A DNA stretch of 60,264 bases, filler included, from Sphacelaria rigidula (Eukaryota), in NCBI GenBank assembly GCA_964200075.2. It is 9 parts of 9 records of this genome, joined end to end, with 100 filler letters (N's around TTAATTAATTAA, not from the genome) between each part and the next. Parts side by side here need not be neighbours in the genome. Positions count along the whole stretch, not along the records: positions 6,709 to 13,316 come from CAXNAA020019093.1; positions 13,417 to 20,023 come from CAXNAA020019094.1; positions 20,124 to 26,730 come from CAXNAA020019095.1; 6 more parts are not named here. One strand, given 5' to 3'. Each line of letters starts with the position of its first letter. Positions within the stretch are counted from its first letter, which is position 1. The notes under the pieces were generated by a model that had not been told where the DNA came from, made no database searches, and saw only the letters and a program-made list of their open reading frames with translations. Shown here one piece after another: positions 8,855 to 21,363 of the stretch. The position numbers and the translations under genes were made by a program.

Positions 8855-11800
8855 ATGAACGTTCATTAAGTCCGCTGATCGCGGTAGATCCGCTGAAAAG
8901 CAGCTGACACTTCAAGATAGGGAAGTCTGCAGGCCTGATGACTTTGCAGCAAACAAGACCAGCTCAAGGCGTATTAACGTCGCGAGGAGTTGGAGATGTA
9001 GAGCCGAGGAGATTTTCAGGCAGTGCTAGCGTGGTCTGTGGTATCGTTCGTGCGAGAGGTGCGGGGGGTTGACCGACAGCTGGCGAGCCCGTGCTCGTTC
9101 CAGGAAAAGCGGCGCAATTACCGTACTGACTAGTGGAGCCAGCGAGGGTTGCGTGTTCCACGCTTGGCCAGTTACGGCCAGGAAGGAGTCTAAGGACTTC
9201 AAACACGTGGTGAGATCTGCGTGAGGAAGAGGTGCTGTGGCCATTGTTATTGTAATGTGGTACAACGCGTCTCGGTATAATGAGAGAGAGTTGTTGTCCC
9301 TGTAAGTGGGAGGCGACTTCGTTTTTCAAAAAGGCGTGTGGAGTGCTGTACTGCTGACCGAAATGTACGAGGTGCAGGAGTATGTCGCGGTGGACGGCCA
9401 TGTTGTTCGTGCGCCACAACAATATGTTGTCATCGATGGTCGCTGTCCGTGTACGATTTCTGTATATGCCCTACTGCGGCCGCAAGTTCTCAAGTGGAAA
9501 ATCTGCCCAGTTTCTGCGGAAGTATGAGGACTACCTTCGTGAGGTGCACGCAACGAACGAGCGTCAAGCACGCTGGCACGTTGTTGAGGAGCCAGTGGTC
9601 TCTGATCTCATGCCCGCACATGTCGAGAACTGTCTAGTGACACATTTTTGGATGGTGCGAATGATGTTGGGCAAGAGAAATTGCTCTTTGCGCTGCGCAA
9701 GCATGCATCTTACGCATCGCCGAGTGTTGTGCAAGATTGTGTGAAGATCGGCGGCGGTGGAGACAGGCACGACATTTTGACGGGCAAGAAGGCGACACAA
9801 CATAGGACTGTCCGAGTGCGCCGCTATTGCCGTCAAGGAGCAAGCCGGACAGAAGGTGGCGGCTGTAGCGAGTATGGGTGATACTGTTGCTGCTGCTTGC
9901 GATGTAGAGAGCGGGGCCCACATGGGCCAATGAGCAAGGACTGATGGGCGGAGGTCCCAGTTGCTTGTTGCCGCCGGACCAGCGCGTAGCTGGAGATATT
10001 CCTTGCATGCTTGAAGCTGCAGGGGGGTGTTGTTCGGGTATGGCGAGCGAGCAGGGTGAGCTTGGGGCTTGCCGTGCTCATGGCGAATCTATCTGCGCCA
10101 GTGACATGGCGGGAGATCGTTCAGATGATTCGCAGGGGTGTCTGCTTGAAGGACAGGTGGATGCCGGGTTGGCGGAATTGCCGCCGGACCAGCGCGTGGC
10201 TGTGGACACGCCTTGTATGATCGAAACAATAGGGGCGTGTGACCCACGTGAAGCGGGTACGCAGAGCGACCTGCGAGCTCGTGATGCTATTAGCGATCAC
10301 TATTCTGACAGCGACGACGAGCGTCGCGTGGTGTTGGGGTGGTCGTGTGCACTGCTGTATGCATGGACAGGTTTGGCGTATTTGGCGGGGTCGACTGCGG
10401 TGTCTTTGCCGCTGTACGGTCAGGTACTGGAGGAGGATGGCGTGGTGCCATCGGGAGGTGTTGCTGTGCGGGACTGTATGGATGTTCCCGTTTTGCCTCT
10501 TACGTCCTCTAAAAGAGCGACTGAAGAACGAGCGTTCGTGAATGCGCAAGCATCTGTGGGGGCGGAGGATTCGTCGCATGGGTTTGGCGGTGCGAATATA
10601 CCTTTTAGAGGCGTGTTGAGCTACCCCATGGTGGTGCCAGGTGTAGCTTGACTGAAGGTGCAAGGAGGGAGTATCCGAGAGGAAAGGCTGCTCTACGCTA
10701 TGCACGGGGTTGTGGTTCGAGTGCAGCTGTTTCTCAGGAGCGGGCTGAAGGACTACAAAGAAGGCATTACCTGAGGTGTTTGCTGTTGTGGTGAGCGCCG
10801 AGTTGGGTACTGATGTTGAGGAGCAAGTGCTGTGGTGATTGAATGCGTATTGAGAATGAGGAAACACAATATGAGTGGTATTCGCGAATCGTTTTGAGAA
10901 CGATTGCAGCTTGTCATTGTGTGGTTTGTGGTCATGTTTGCGCATGAAACATGGTTGTTGAGCGAGTATGATGGTATCGCGTGTGCAGGGTAATTCTCTG
11001 GCGTACACATGTATATTTGGCATATATATGTGGTGCTGATGTGGTTGGCACGGACGATGCATCGTGTCTGCTGCGAGGAAGGTGGCATTACATGTGCTGA
11101 GTGAAGTATTGACATGCATGGGTAGATTTTAATATACTGAGTGGAAATTTGGCAGGCATATGCGAATTTCTGCTCGAATGCTACTGATATGAATGGGATT
11201 TGGTGACGACCTAGGGTTGGGCAGTTTTTAATATACTGCTGTATACTTATTGAAGTGAAGCTCGTATAACCTTGTTCGCGCAGGAAGACAGGCGAACCAT
11301 ATTTGTGCGGTTTGCACGTACTGACTGCAGGATATAGGATTGCTGCTGTTCGCGTGAAAATGAGCTGAAATATACGAAATGCGTAGGCCCGTCGCCGTTG
11401 TTGGATTGGTAAACATGGCTTGAAAAGTGGTTTGAGCCATAACTTTCCTTTGATTGTCCTCATGAAATGAAGGCAAGTTGAAGCATTGAAGCTTTAACGG
11501 CGGGGAGGCATGCGATGCACACCTTTTTTACGGGGTTGCAGAAGCAAGAGGCCAGTTGCGTGTTAGACGTGTTGGGTGCATATTTCCTTCTAGCGTGAGG
11601 ATGATGTATCNNNNNNNNNNTGGCTGTTGCACTCCGTTGCGCAGGTGTTGAACGTGCGAAGAGTGAATTTTGGATGTTGAGAAGTACCTTGTCTCGGATA
11701 AGAGGGACGAGTAGTCACGAATGCTCTGGAATTTGACGTTTGCTGGTATTTCCGGTTTCGTGGCGATGAAGAGTCAAGAAACTTGTTTTGGGCGAAGGTT

Positions 11801-12062
11801 TGAGAATTTGGCGCTAGCTATCGCTTTGTAACTCGAAGTGGTGCACGTAGCGTGATCGCATGTTCATGATGGGCGATATTTTCTTGGGATCTCTTGCGAG
11901 TTGTTCGGAAGTAGGGCTAGCTTGTATGGAGCTGTTGTCGAAAGCAGCGGAAGAGATTGCTATTTTTTGCGGAATACGACGGTACTATCAGGCACCAATG
12001 ATCTCTGAGTTTGCCGAGCTCTGATGTAACTACTTGTTGGTAGTAGAGAGCTTTGGAGGTGC

Positions 12063-12319
12063 TGTAGACCTAGCCACCATTGTTACTTAAGCTCAGGGAC
12101 ATCGTAGGTGGAGTTGCGGGTCTGATTGCCGGACTCTGTGATGGTGATCTCCATGACGAGTAGAGCCGGTTTTGCTACTCTGGTTGGGAGAAACGATGGT
12201 CCTGTTCTCCTGTACTATGCTGAGGGTTAATATATGAATATCAAAAGATGCCGAGGTCCATGTGCCCATGATGGGAGGAGTCCACATGGCAATCTGATCT
12301 TGAGTGACAGAAGTTTACA
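12063..12319 (+). repeat. Right LTR
   Basis: Direct repeat of 8598-8854. Confidence 0.92.
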
Positions 12320-14713
12320 CATCCCATGAGATCAGACAAACTCCAAGGCACGAATACCGGGATATATGGAAGACTCAGCAAGGAAAAAACAAAACCATCG
12401 AGGAAACTCGCCTCCTGTATTATGTGCCCCCCTGACCCCATATCATTTCACCATATTCGGGAGCACAAAATGTCAAATCTCGGGACGTGTATTTCCAAAA
12501 ATACCTCACAAAAATATGGCTCGAAATCCAAGATCAATAAATTCATCAACCAAGAAGAATCCGTCATATGCCATGATCCAAAAAAAAGTTAATATTGCCA
12601 AATCGATGGATCCCTCGACCTTGGAAACTCTTGAACTTCATGCCGAAACCCAAACTCACATGAAGGGAAAATTCCCACCATGTCGTGATCTCGGTGATAA
12701 TATGAAAACCGAGAGTGAATCACAACAATCGGACTCAAATCGAAGTGCGGTAAAATGCATGATACACTACACAGCTTAATAATGCCATCCCTACGCAAGA
12801 TCAAATCCATGTGTCTGGATTTTCACGCGGTTGAGGAGCGCGCCAGCTATTTTTACGCAAAACGATCCCCAACAAACGTCAAACAAATCCTTGCCAAGCA
12901 TTCCAATCGCTGTTGCGCATATGATGCCCACTTGTCAGATCACTGCACTCGGACAGTAGTCACATTGCTGCGCTTGTACTCAAAATCAGAATATCCAATG
13001 CATGAATCTACCATCAAGCTGAAGTGGTCTACAAATAAACAGTTGACAGGCCACATTCGGAGTACAATATCCTCCAAAACCAATCTCCGGCTTTCGGCAT
13101 TCTTCCATGGTCACGCGTCCCCCTCCTGCATCGAACCGGCACCTCATACTTGCTTCACTCCACCGGCATCATTTCCCTGCTCCAACCCATCGTCACCGCT
13201 CCCCCGTTCCGAGTCATTTCAACCATGTCGTAGGTTTTCAACCCATCGTAGTTTTGAGACCGCATGTAGCGGCCACGGGGGAACACAGAGTTTCTCCTCT
13301 ATGAAAATGCCAGTCTNNNNNNNNNNNNNNNNNNNNNNNNNNNNNNNNNNNNNNNNNNNNTTAATTAATTAANNNNNNNNNNNNNNNNNNNNNNNNNNNN
13401 NNNNNNNNNNNNNNNNCCCTAGAAAAAAGACGTGAGAAACAGTCTTCCGGCAGCAGGACGTCATATGTTGAATCGAGATCAATATCACTTGGAAAAAGTA
13501 TGCATGATCAAGATGCACTGCCTTCGCCATCCAAGGGTCAACAAGCGGGACGCCCAATCTTTATATGGGATGGGTTTGAGGTCGGCAGCTTTGGCGGCGC
13601 ACTACAGCACTTGTGCTCGGAACGAAATCGGGTCTACTGTTGTATATTGCGATAATTGAGCACCAAAAACCCACGCCACGAAAGCGAAGCAAAACTTGTG
13701 TGCGGAAAAAGTTGAGTCTGCGGCACACCGACCATACATGGAGGGATGGATTTTTTGTAGTGAAATGGAAAATTCAACCAATCAGAGGCCCTCCAGTGAG
13801 GTATCGGCGCAATCGAGCGCCAATGAAGTGCGACCTTTGTATAATAGTGAATTGATGTAGTGAAAAATACTTGTGATCGGCCCGCAGACTTGAGTCGCGC
13901 CGGGACGAACAGAGCAGCAGCAGGGAAACGAAGCAGCAAGCAGGGAAGCAGACAACAAGTTGCACATTGCTGCCGCAGGGGGTCAATGGTCATGGCAAGA
14001 ATTACAGCACACACCGATGCTTGTGTTTATCGGCGTATCTCCATCTCAGTACGACTGGTTGCGTCTTTCCGTGGCCGCGAGCCGTGGCGCCTGCCAGCAG
14101 CAGCTGCCGCCAAGTTGCCGGGTGCGATCAGTACCCTGGCGATGCAGTATACCCGCCCTGTGCTGTGGTTTGCTCTTTTCAGCGGAGCACGGGGTCTGGC
14201 CCAACGGGTCCACGTTGTGTGTCTTTACTCAGCCATGTTTGGCATTGTGCAAGTGATGGGTCTGGGCAGCCCCTTATTCTTTTTACGGAGGACAAAACAG
14301 CCTACACACCATGGAGTTTCAAAGTCTTCAACAGCCAGTGTGGAAACATCACTGCGTGGCGACTGACCGTATTTTTTACAGAGACGAACACGACGACGAA
14401 ACGGCAGCTCATGCAATCGTAGCGGAGACCAAACCGTCTGCGCAAGGTCTAAACACGCCACAGAACAGTGATAGCTAAAGGACACGAGAGAAGGCATGAG
14501 TGTGTCTGTGCTGCAGGATAGTGAAGCAGGACATGTCCCATTATTCAGTTCTTCGCCTGGTTATAAACGGATACTAAATATTGGCCGCTCCGCGCAAACC
14601 ATTTATTCGAGTGGAAAATCATTCCCATGTATGGGTCCTGTGCCGAGTGTGCAGCAACCAAGACTTCGGCACATATCTGTACATCTGACAAGTTCGTTCT
14701 CCTCCGACAGTAT

Positions 14714-15142
14714 CTTAGCGCACCATTTTTCGATCGAAAAAGTGTGGTGGAAAACAATAATTCCGATCTGATAAATCGTGATTTCAACATTACATGATTA
14801 GGACGAATCATCACGAGTTCGATTCACCAACTCCACGATTTCTTCGGCCTGATTGCCCAAAGGGAGAAAAGAGTTGACCGCTGGTCCAAGGGGTATCCAC
14901 GCAACTTTTGCGCTATTCCACTTGTCTGGGCTGCGTGTACCGGGGTTGCAACGCTGAAAACAAAGTCTAGGGATTGATTTGTACGATTCGAATCAAATGC
15001 ACGAAAATCAAGTGATTTCCAGACGAATCGTTGATTTGTCCGACCCTTGCAACATGATGAATGGCACGAGTTGAAATCACGACCCATCAGATCGGAGTTG
15101 TCCTTTTCCACCACACTTTTTCGATCGGAAAGTAGTGCTAAG
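14714..15142. mobile_element. MITE with ~75-bp TIRs
   Basis: CTTAGC...CGATCGAAAAAGTGTGGTGGAAAA...TCCGATCTGAT...TCGTGATTTCAAC at left and its reverse complement at right; TSD not resolved. Confidence 0.8.
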
Positions 15143-15204
15143 ACACGCCCTTACGCCGTTTCTTGGGATAAAATAAGAAAAAAACTGTAGAAATGTTTTT
15201 TTTT

Positions 15205-15616
15205 TTGTCCTTCTTCGTCGTTTTACGCCCTAAACGAGAGCTAGGCGGAGTTTGACACCTTGGAATAACTTCCTCTGCCCGTTGAGAAGGTTCCAGAAAA
15301 TTTTGCGTTTTCCGGGGGCCGCAGTTTTTTTTGGCCAAACTAGTATTTTTGTCCGAGAACGGTCAAGTCCAGAGAAAAATGACAGTTTTTCCTAGATTTG
15401 ACCGTTCTTGACCGTTCTTGGACAATAATGTAAGTTTGGCAAGAACAGAACCGCGACCACCGGAAAACGCGAAGATGCGTCCGTCTCAACAGTAGAGCAA
15501 TCCATTGTAAGGTGTCAAACTCCGCCTAGCACTTTTTTCAGGGCGTGAAACGACGAAGAAGGACTGGAAAAAATATATTTTCAGGACTTGTTTTTGGTTG
15601 CCATCAGGAGTGGCCT
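15205..15616. mobile_element. Degenerate foldback element related to 17509-17990
   Basis: Inverted arms (GTCCTTCTTCGTCGTTT, CTAGGCGGAGTTTGACACCTT, AGAACGGTCAAG and their complements). Confidence 0.7.
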
Positions 15617-16966
15617 TACTCGTGGGAATCAGAGCCGTTGAATTGATTTGCAGTCAGCTTTTTCTGAATAGCTTGTGTGAATAGAGCCAGGCTCGTTCTC
15701 GTTTTCCGGATGATCCCCATTGGCTGGAGTCAGACTCCGTCCTCCTTCCCCGCCGTGACTCGTATGGCCAGGGTCACATTCGTCATCATTTTTTCCCAAC
15801 GAGACTCGTGATGACTCGAGTCAGTGTACGGTACGAGTAGTAGAAGACTCGCTGAATACAATTTTTCAAATTTCAAGACTTTCCAAAATGCAACACTCGA
15901 TGCCGCGAGCTGCAAAAATGATGGCAGGCATTTCTTCAGTCGGGAGGGAGGCACGCGCTCTCTTCATCGTGCTGGGGAGCGGGTATAGTGTGCGTGCATA
16001 ATATGTGTACACCTTCATGGGTACAGTAGACTTGACCGTTTCATCACAGTGACCGCCCTCCCTCTTCCCGCGGCTTCGACACGTTACCCCTCGGACCCCC
16101 GGCCACCAGGCCTCATTTCGGAACAATATCATCGGCTGACCATTTTAAGCCGTAAACCCGACGCTATAGCTGAGCAGCTCCTCTCCGTTTGTGAGCGTCA
16201 CCCCCAATGGGAACATATAATCATTATTGTTTTTTCGTCGTCTCCTCTTTCTTCTCCGTATTACTTTCGCACATGCACCAACCCCTGACCCGTGTTCAGT
16301 GCGGGTCCGGTTACAGTGCGGCGGGTTTTCTCACCTCCTATGAACGCACCGCTGTGGGACCTCGCGTGCCAGAAGACCCCCCTTGTAACGGGACCCTAAT
16401 TGTATATTGTAAATGCGGTGTTCGAAGGTAAGTACTATTGTAAAATCAAAGTACGTCCACTGCACACGCCATGCCCAGATATAGATTTTTAGAACCGTGT
16501 GGCGGGAAATGGTTCTTCACTGCTCACACCCGCGGTCACTCGCGGGGTTGCGGATTTACACAAGTTCGTCAACACGAGGTCATGGTTGCAATGGCCGAAC
16601 CAATCGTCACTTGTTCAAACACCAAAACTGACGATTTCTGCGCTGATTGCTCGAAAGAGAGAAAATTTGTCCGCGGGTCAAACACGCCTCTACGCAAACT
16701 CTGCGCTATTCCACGTGCCTGAGGTGCGGGTATCTGGGGTGCAACACTGCACACGTCGGACATCTCATGAGCTATTATACCAAAAACAACTAATTGAAGA
16801 GGACTCTCAGATCCGTATATACACGTGACAGTCGGGTCCGAGAAGTCAACGCGGCGTCCAGCGCTGTATGGAGAAAATATGGAAAGTGGGGCCAAATGAG
16901 CCAGCTCATTTTCCGGATCAGTACACTAATGAGGATTAGTATTCGGGTAGCTCATGGGTTGTCCGG

Positions 16967-17383
16967 CGTGTGTGTCTGTGTGTCTGTGTGTCTGTGTGTG
17001 TGTGCGTGTATGTGTGTGTCGTCATCACATCTACTCTGAGCGCCAGTCTACACATTTTTCGGTATATGTGGGCGCATCAGCCGGGGTCACACGGTAGGAA
17101 TGTCAGCACAGGAGTTTTGTTGTTTTGTTTTGTTTTATAATGGTACTCTACCTTCCTTCTGCGGTGTTTGCCTTTATTGTGTATCGCGAGAGGGGGTTCA
17201 GCGATCCCTTGCCCTCGTCGACCGTGACGTCGAAAGCTGTGTACCCACGACATGGTCCCTTTCCACAGTTGGGCATGTTGTGAGAAAAAAAATCTAGATC
17301 ATGTGACTTCACCGAGATTCGAACCCACGACCCAATCGTCAAGAGGATTCGAGGTTACCGACTGGGCCACCGGGGCGTCTGGC
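16967..17383 (-). mobile_element. tRNA-derived SINE, near full length
   Basis: Minus-strand head with A box TGGCCCAGTCGG and B box GGTTCGAATC, conserved body, (CA)n-like tail. Confidence 0.85.
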
Positions 17384-17508
17384 TAATACATGTGCAACGC
17401 TGAAAACAACGCCCAAGGATCGGATCGTAGGGTATGAATCAATCACACTACAAGCAACTTATTTTGAGACGGATCATTCTGCGTCCAACCCTTGAACTTA
17501 TAACTCAA

Positions 17509-17990
17509 AGGCTACTTTTTATGTATGTAAAATGAAATTTGTTGCAAAAGTACATTTTTGGCCCTTCTCCATCGTTGTTCTCCCGAAAAGAGGGCTACAG
17601 TAGGCGGATGTTGACACCTAGGAATAACTTGCTCTACTCGCTGAGACGGTTACAGAGCACCTTTGCATTTCCCGTAGGTCACGGTTTCATTTTTGGCCAA
17701 ATTTGCATTTTCAATAACAAACGGTCAAGTTATAAAAAAAATGGCAATTCTCGCCCTGTTTTTTGATAACTTGACCGTTTGTTATTGAAAATGCAAATTT
17801 GGCCAAAAATGAAACCGTGACCTACGGGAAATGCAAAGGTGCTCTGTAACCGTCTCAGCGAGTAGAGCAAGTTATTCCTAGATATCAACATCCGCCTACT
17901 GTAGCCCTCTTTTCGGGAGAAGAACGATGGAGAAGGGCCAAAAATGCAGTTTTCAACAAATTTTATATTTTGATACATAAGAAGTAGCCT
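17509..17990. mobile_element. Foldback MITE / near-perfect palindrome (possibly PIF/Harbinger-like)
   Basis: AGGCTAC...GTAGCCT ends; inner arms 17553-17733 and 17766-17946 differ at 3 of 181 positions; ORF track gives almost the same peptide from both strands. Confidence 0.9.
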
Positions 17991-19136
17991 AATCCTGACC
18001 CCACTCAGACCGGTAATTGTCGGACAGGAAACGGGGGGTAGAGGGGACCGCAGGCAAGGTGTTCGTGCGTTGGCAAAACTCAAATTTGCGCGGGAGGCAC
18101 CGATCGGAACGAAAAAAAGGGGTGTTGTACAAGCTGGCGAGCGCGCAGGGCTGGCGTTTTTTTCAAGATTCGAACCTTAATGTCCACACTATATCCTACT
18201 AGCTAAACAACATGAACTGTTTTTGATAAGTTTGCGTTGAATTCCACTTGTCGCGGGTCGGGAGAGGACCCTTCATGTGGATTTTTTGTCCCTTGTCAGC
18301 GAAAATCCCGGCAGCGATCTCTCTTCCTCGCCTGTGTGTGTATATGTGTGTGTTTGTGTGTGTTAGTGTGTGTGTAAGTGCTTTTTTGTTCCTGAACTCT
18401 CCTGATATCGGGACTTTCAATATATCGTGCTATTTTCTATAACAGCAACCATCAAGTCGCACACACGTTCGCATTGACACTTGCAGACTCAATGGATAAT
18501 GACCATTTCATTCGCGTAACTTCGAAGGGTTCCAGAAACAGAAAAGAAAAGTGGAAACACACACACATGTATACATGTGTTGCCTTTCATTCCCTTCCCT
18601 TGCCTTGCTTTGCCTTGCCCTGTCCTGTCCTGACTGGTTCGGCACGCCGACCTGCGTAGGCTCCCTGTTTTGGCTTTCTCGGCCACTTATGGCCCGCGTA
18701 CCATGTAGCCGACGACTTCTGTATCCTTCTTACTTGAGTTTGTTCTTTCGGTCCGTACGTATATTCTTGTGTGAGAGCGTGTGTGTTTTTTTCGCTGACG
18801 TGTTTGTAGAACCCCACCCTTCGGGGCGCCGTGTTTCCTCTTCGTGGGCATATATATTTTTGGAACCCGTCTTTGTCGTGCCATGACCTTGTGACCGCGG
18901 GTGCTAAATATATGGAAAACGGCTAATATGATGAACGCGAAAAAATACACCCACGAACACGCACAATTGGACGCAGTACATGCAGCATAAAACCACAACC
19001 ATGAGATGCTTCGTACCTGTTACTAAACAACTCTTATGTTCCGCGCCTGCTCACTTCCTTTGACCCATGTATGCACGACGCAAATAAAACAGACACATAC
19101 GACACACACATACTCACACATACGTCAATCCCCGGA

Positions 19137-19478
19137 ATGGCGGGGACGGATCGAGAACACGACAGCAGCGATGGAGCTTCCGAGGGGCAGACTTGTAGCA
19201 GTAATGCCGGCAGTACTTCTACATGTAGTGGTGATGGCAGTAGCGCTGGTGTCCGAGGCACGTCTGCGCCATGGAAAGGATATCCCAGGGTGATTTACCA
19301 TGATGTCCACGCACGTGTGAGCAGCTTGAAGAAGGCGAGAAGACTTGCTGCTGCCTCTACTTCTGCCTCGGCGAAAACCAGAGCTAGGATCCGGCGTGGG
19401 AGCGATGAAGAGGATTTGCGACTCGTCGACCTCGTGGTAGATCCTCCGGGCGACGTCTTCGAGTACATCTACGACAAG
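19137..19478 (+). CDS. Candidate coding exon, unknown protein
   Basis: ATG-initiated 114-codon S/G-rich frame ending ...DLVVDPPGDVFEYIYDK|GTGCGT (phase-0 donor). Confidence 0.4.
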
Positions 19479-19547
19479 GTGCGTTCTTCCGACCAGAGGA
19501 TGGGGAGGAAGGGGAGGGGGGCGGGGGGCGGAGAGGGAGCTCCTTTC

Positions 19548-20023
19548 AGCCTGGTCCGGCGAGAACCCGGTGCTCCGTCCCGGCTTTGTAGGGGCGGACT
19601 CCGATGGGGTTGGCGTCGGTTGGCGATGACACTATAAAACACTCCCCTCACTGCAGAAGCTAGGCAACCAGGTCACCGTTTTTCGCGCGCTTGCGTTTTG
19701 CGGTAACCTTGATGGTACTCGAGCTAGATCATGTTGTGCGGCGTGGGAGAACCTCCATTCCGCACAATGGGGATGATCGTACCACGTAGTGTTCAAATGG
19801 TCAGGCACTCGTGAGGCAGTGTACAAGCCGGGGCTGTCTCAGGAAGTGACGGTACAAGAAAGTGAAGCAGCTCATTGAAGGCTGTCATTTTATTGCAAGA
19901 TAATCAGTGGACTTCGGGCCTAATAATCTCAGAATGATGTAGCTCACCCTTCATGCGACTCGCCGAACACACCACGGCGCTTCGCGCTCGGTGATTGAGT
20001 GCGAGCCTGGTCCGGCGAAAACC
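19548..20023 (+). mobile_element. Family A copy, cut by linker
   Basis: Colinear with the reverse complement of 1456-1872; AGCCTGGTCCGGCGA(G/A)AACC present at both ends. Confidence 0.85.
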
Positions 20024-20124
20024 NNNNNNNNNNNNNNNNNNNNNNNNNNNNNNNNNNNNNNNNNNNNTTAATTAATTAANNNNNNNNNNNNNNNNNNNNN
20101 NNNNNNNNNNNNNNNNNNNNNNNC

Positions 20125-20278
20125 ATCCTGGTCCGGCGAAAACAAACACACCTCGGCGCTTCGCGCCTGGTGTTTGAGTGCGAGCCTGGTCCGGCGAAAA
20201 CACGGCGTGCTCCGTCCCGGCGTTGCAGGGGTGCGAGGACAATGGAATTGCGACTATGGCATGCATGATCATGCGTAC
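20125..20278 (+). mobile_element. Family A 3' end
   Basis: ...GACTATGGCATGCATGATCATGCGTAC then poly-C. Confidence 0.8.
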
Positions 20279-20798
20279 CCCCCCCGCCCCCTCCCTCCCG
20301 CGCGCACGCCACCCACTGTTGTTTGGATAGCCGAGCCGCGTTGGTTTAACATACCGGGATCTATGATATATCTGTACGAGATCCCGCCCCCCCACCGCCT
20401 CCCCCCCTCCCCTTCTCTTTTAACGCCGTGCACACTGCACTGCTTGCGATTGTTGCTTCACAAGCAGGACAACTACCGTTGGTAGAACGTTGTACTTCAT
20501 GATGCAGTCCGTACTGTCCTGAATTGTCGAAACTCTGTGCGATATTGTAGGCACTGGAAATTGCGGCAAATTTTGCCTACAACAGCGACCATGGACGTTG
20601 TGTATCTACTCGATTGCACTGTACAGTGTATTACAACGCCACAACTACGTTAGGTCTGTGCTGTAAGCGACCATTTTCATTTGTATCCCACAGTACACGT
20701 GACATTGCTGTCCAGTATCATATCGTATCGATACATATCGTGTGTCGATACGATATCGCACTGTACTAGGTCATACTGCCTGTGCTACGTAGTCTGTA

Positions 20799-21363
20799 GG
20801 CCCTCCAGAGGCAAAAACAAGCCTCCAGAGGCCTTCAATCCCTATGGAGGAAACCAAACACTACCGCCCTGGAGGGCCGTGGACCCTTCCGGAGGAATTT
20901 GGGGGTAAAAAAATGCCTCCGGAGGGATGCGCGGCCCTCCGGAGGCAAAAACAAGCCTCCGGAGGCGTTCAATCCCTCTGGAGGAAACAAAAAAATACTC
21001 CTTTGGAGGACCACGCACCCCCCTGGAGGGCCGCGCACCCCGAACAGCGTTTTCGTTCAATTCAGAGTAGAGGCGATTGAGAGTGAAAAGCGATCAGTTC
21101 GTGAATGAATCGTTTCAGTTCTGAAATACCCCTCCACGAGGCCCTATACACTTTCTGCAAGTGATGGAGGCAAGGAAAAGCACGCAGGGATTGAAAAATT
21201 GGCTCAATTAAAGCGAGTAATCAAAGCCACTCTCAATCAGCGCTCCATCTACTCTCAATCTCGCGAGAACGTTGTTTCCCCCGGAGGCGTTTAATTCCTC
21301 TGGAGGCTCGAACAGTTGAGCGCCCTGGAGGAATTTTGGGGGGTAGCCAAATGGCCGCGTGTG
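20799..21363. mobile_element. Second copy of the CAC...GTG MITE family, left end missing
   Basis: Right TIR GGGGGGTAGCCAAATGGCCGCGTGTG and CCTCCGGAGG repeats as in 1953-2293. Confidence 0.8.

Larger units (their letters stand above)
8598..12319 (+). mobile_element. Non-autonomous LTR retrotransposon (LARD-like) with both LTRs and a TSD
   Basis: 257-bp direct repeats 8598-8854 and 12063-12319, TGTAGAC...GT(C/T)TACA ends, about 20 mismatches by eye; 4-bp TSD CATC/CATC; interior has only gag-like and protease-like remnants (RAFVNAQASV...GFGG), no RT motif seen; includes a 10-N gap. Confidence 0.9.

Noticed and set aside
10121..11476. Long minus-strand ORFs (332 and 236 aa) as genes
   Set aside because: Antisense to the LTR element interior, no recognisable motifs
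12330..13316. Degenerate coding relic possibly related to 52630-53450
   Set aside because: Similar composition and a very short match only; cannot be assigned without a search
17310..17383. Functional tRNA gene (also 29133, 30893, 33690, 45640)
   Set aside because: A/B boxes only, no convincing cloverleaf; most are attached to the shared SINE body
19981..20278. One continuous family A element across the linker
   Set aside because: Fragments cannot be assumed adjacent and the family is abundant, so this may be coincidence
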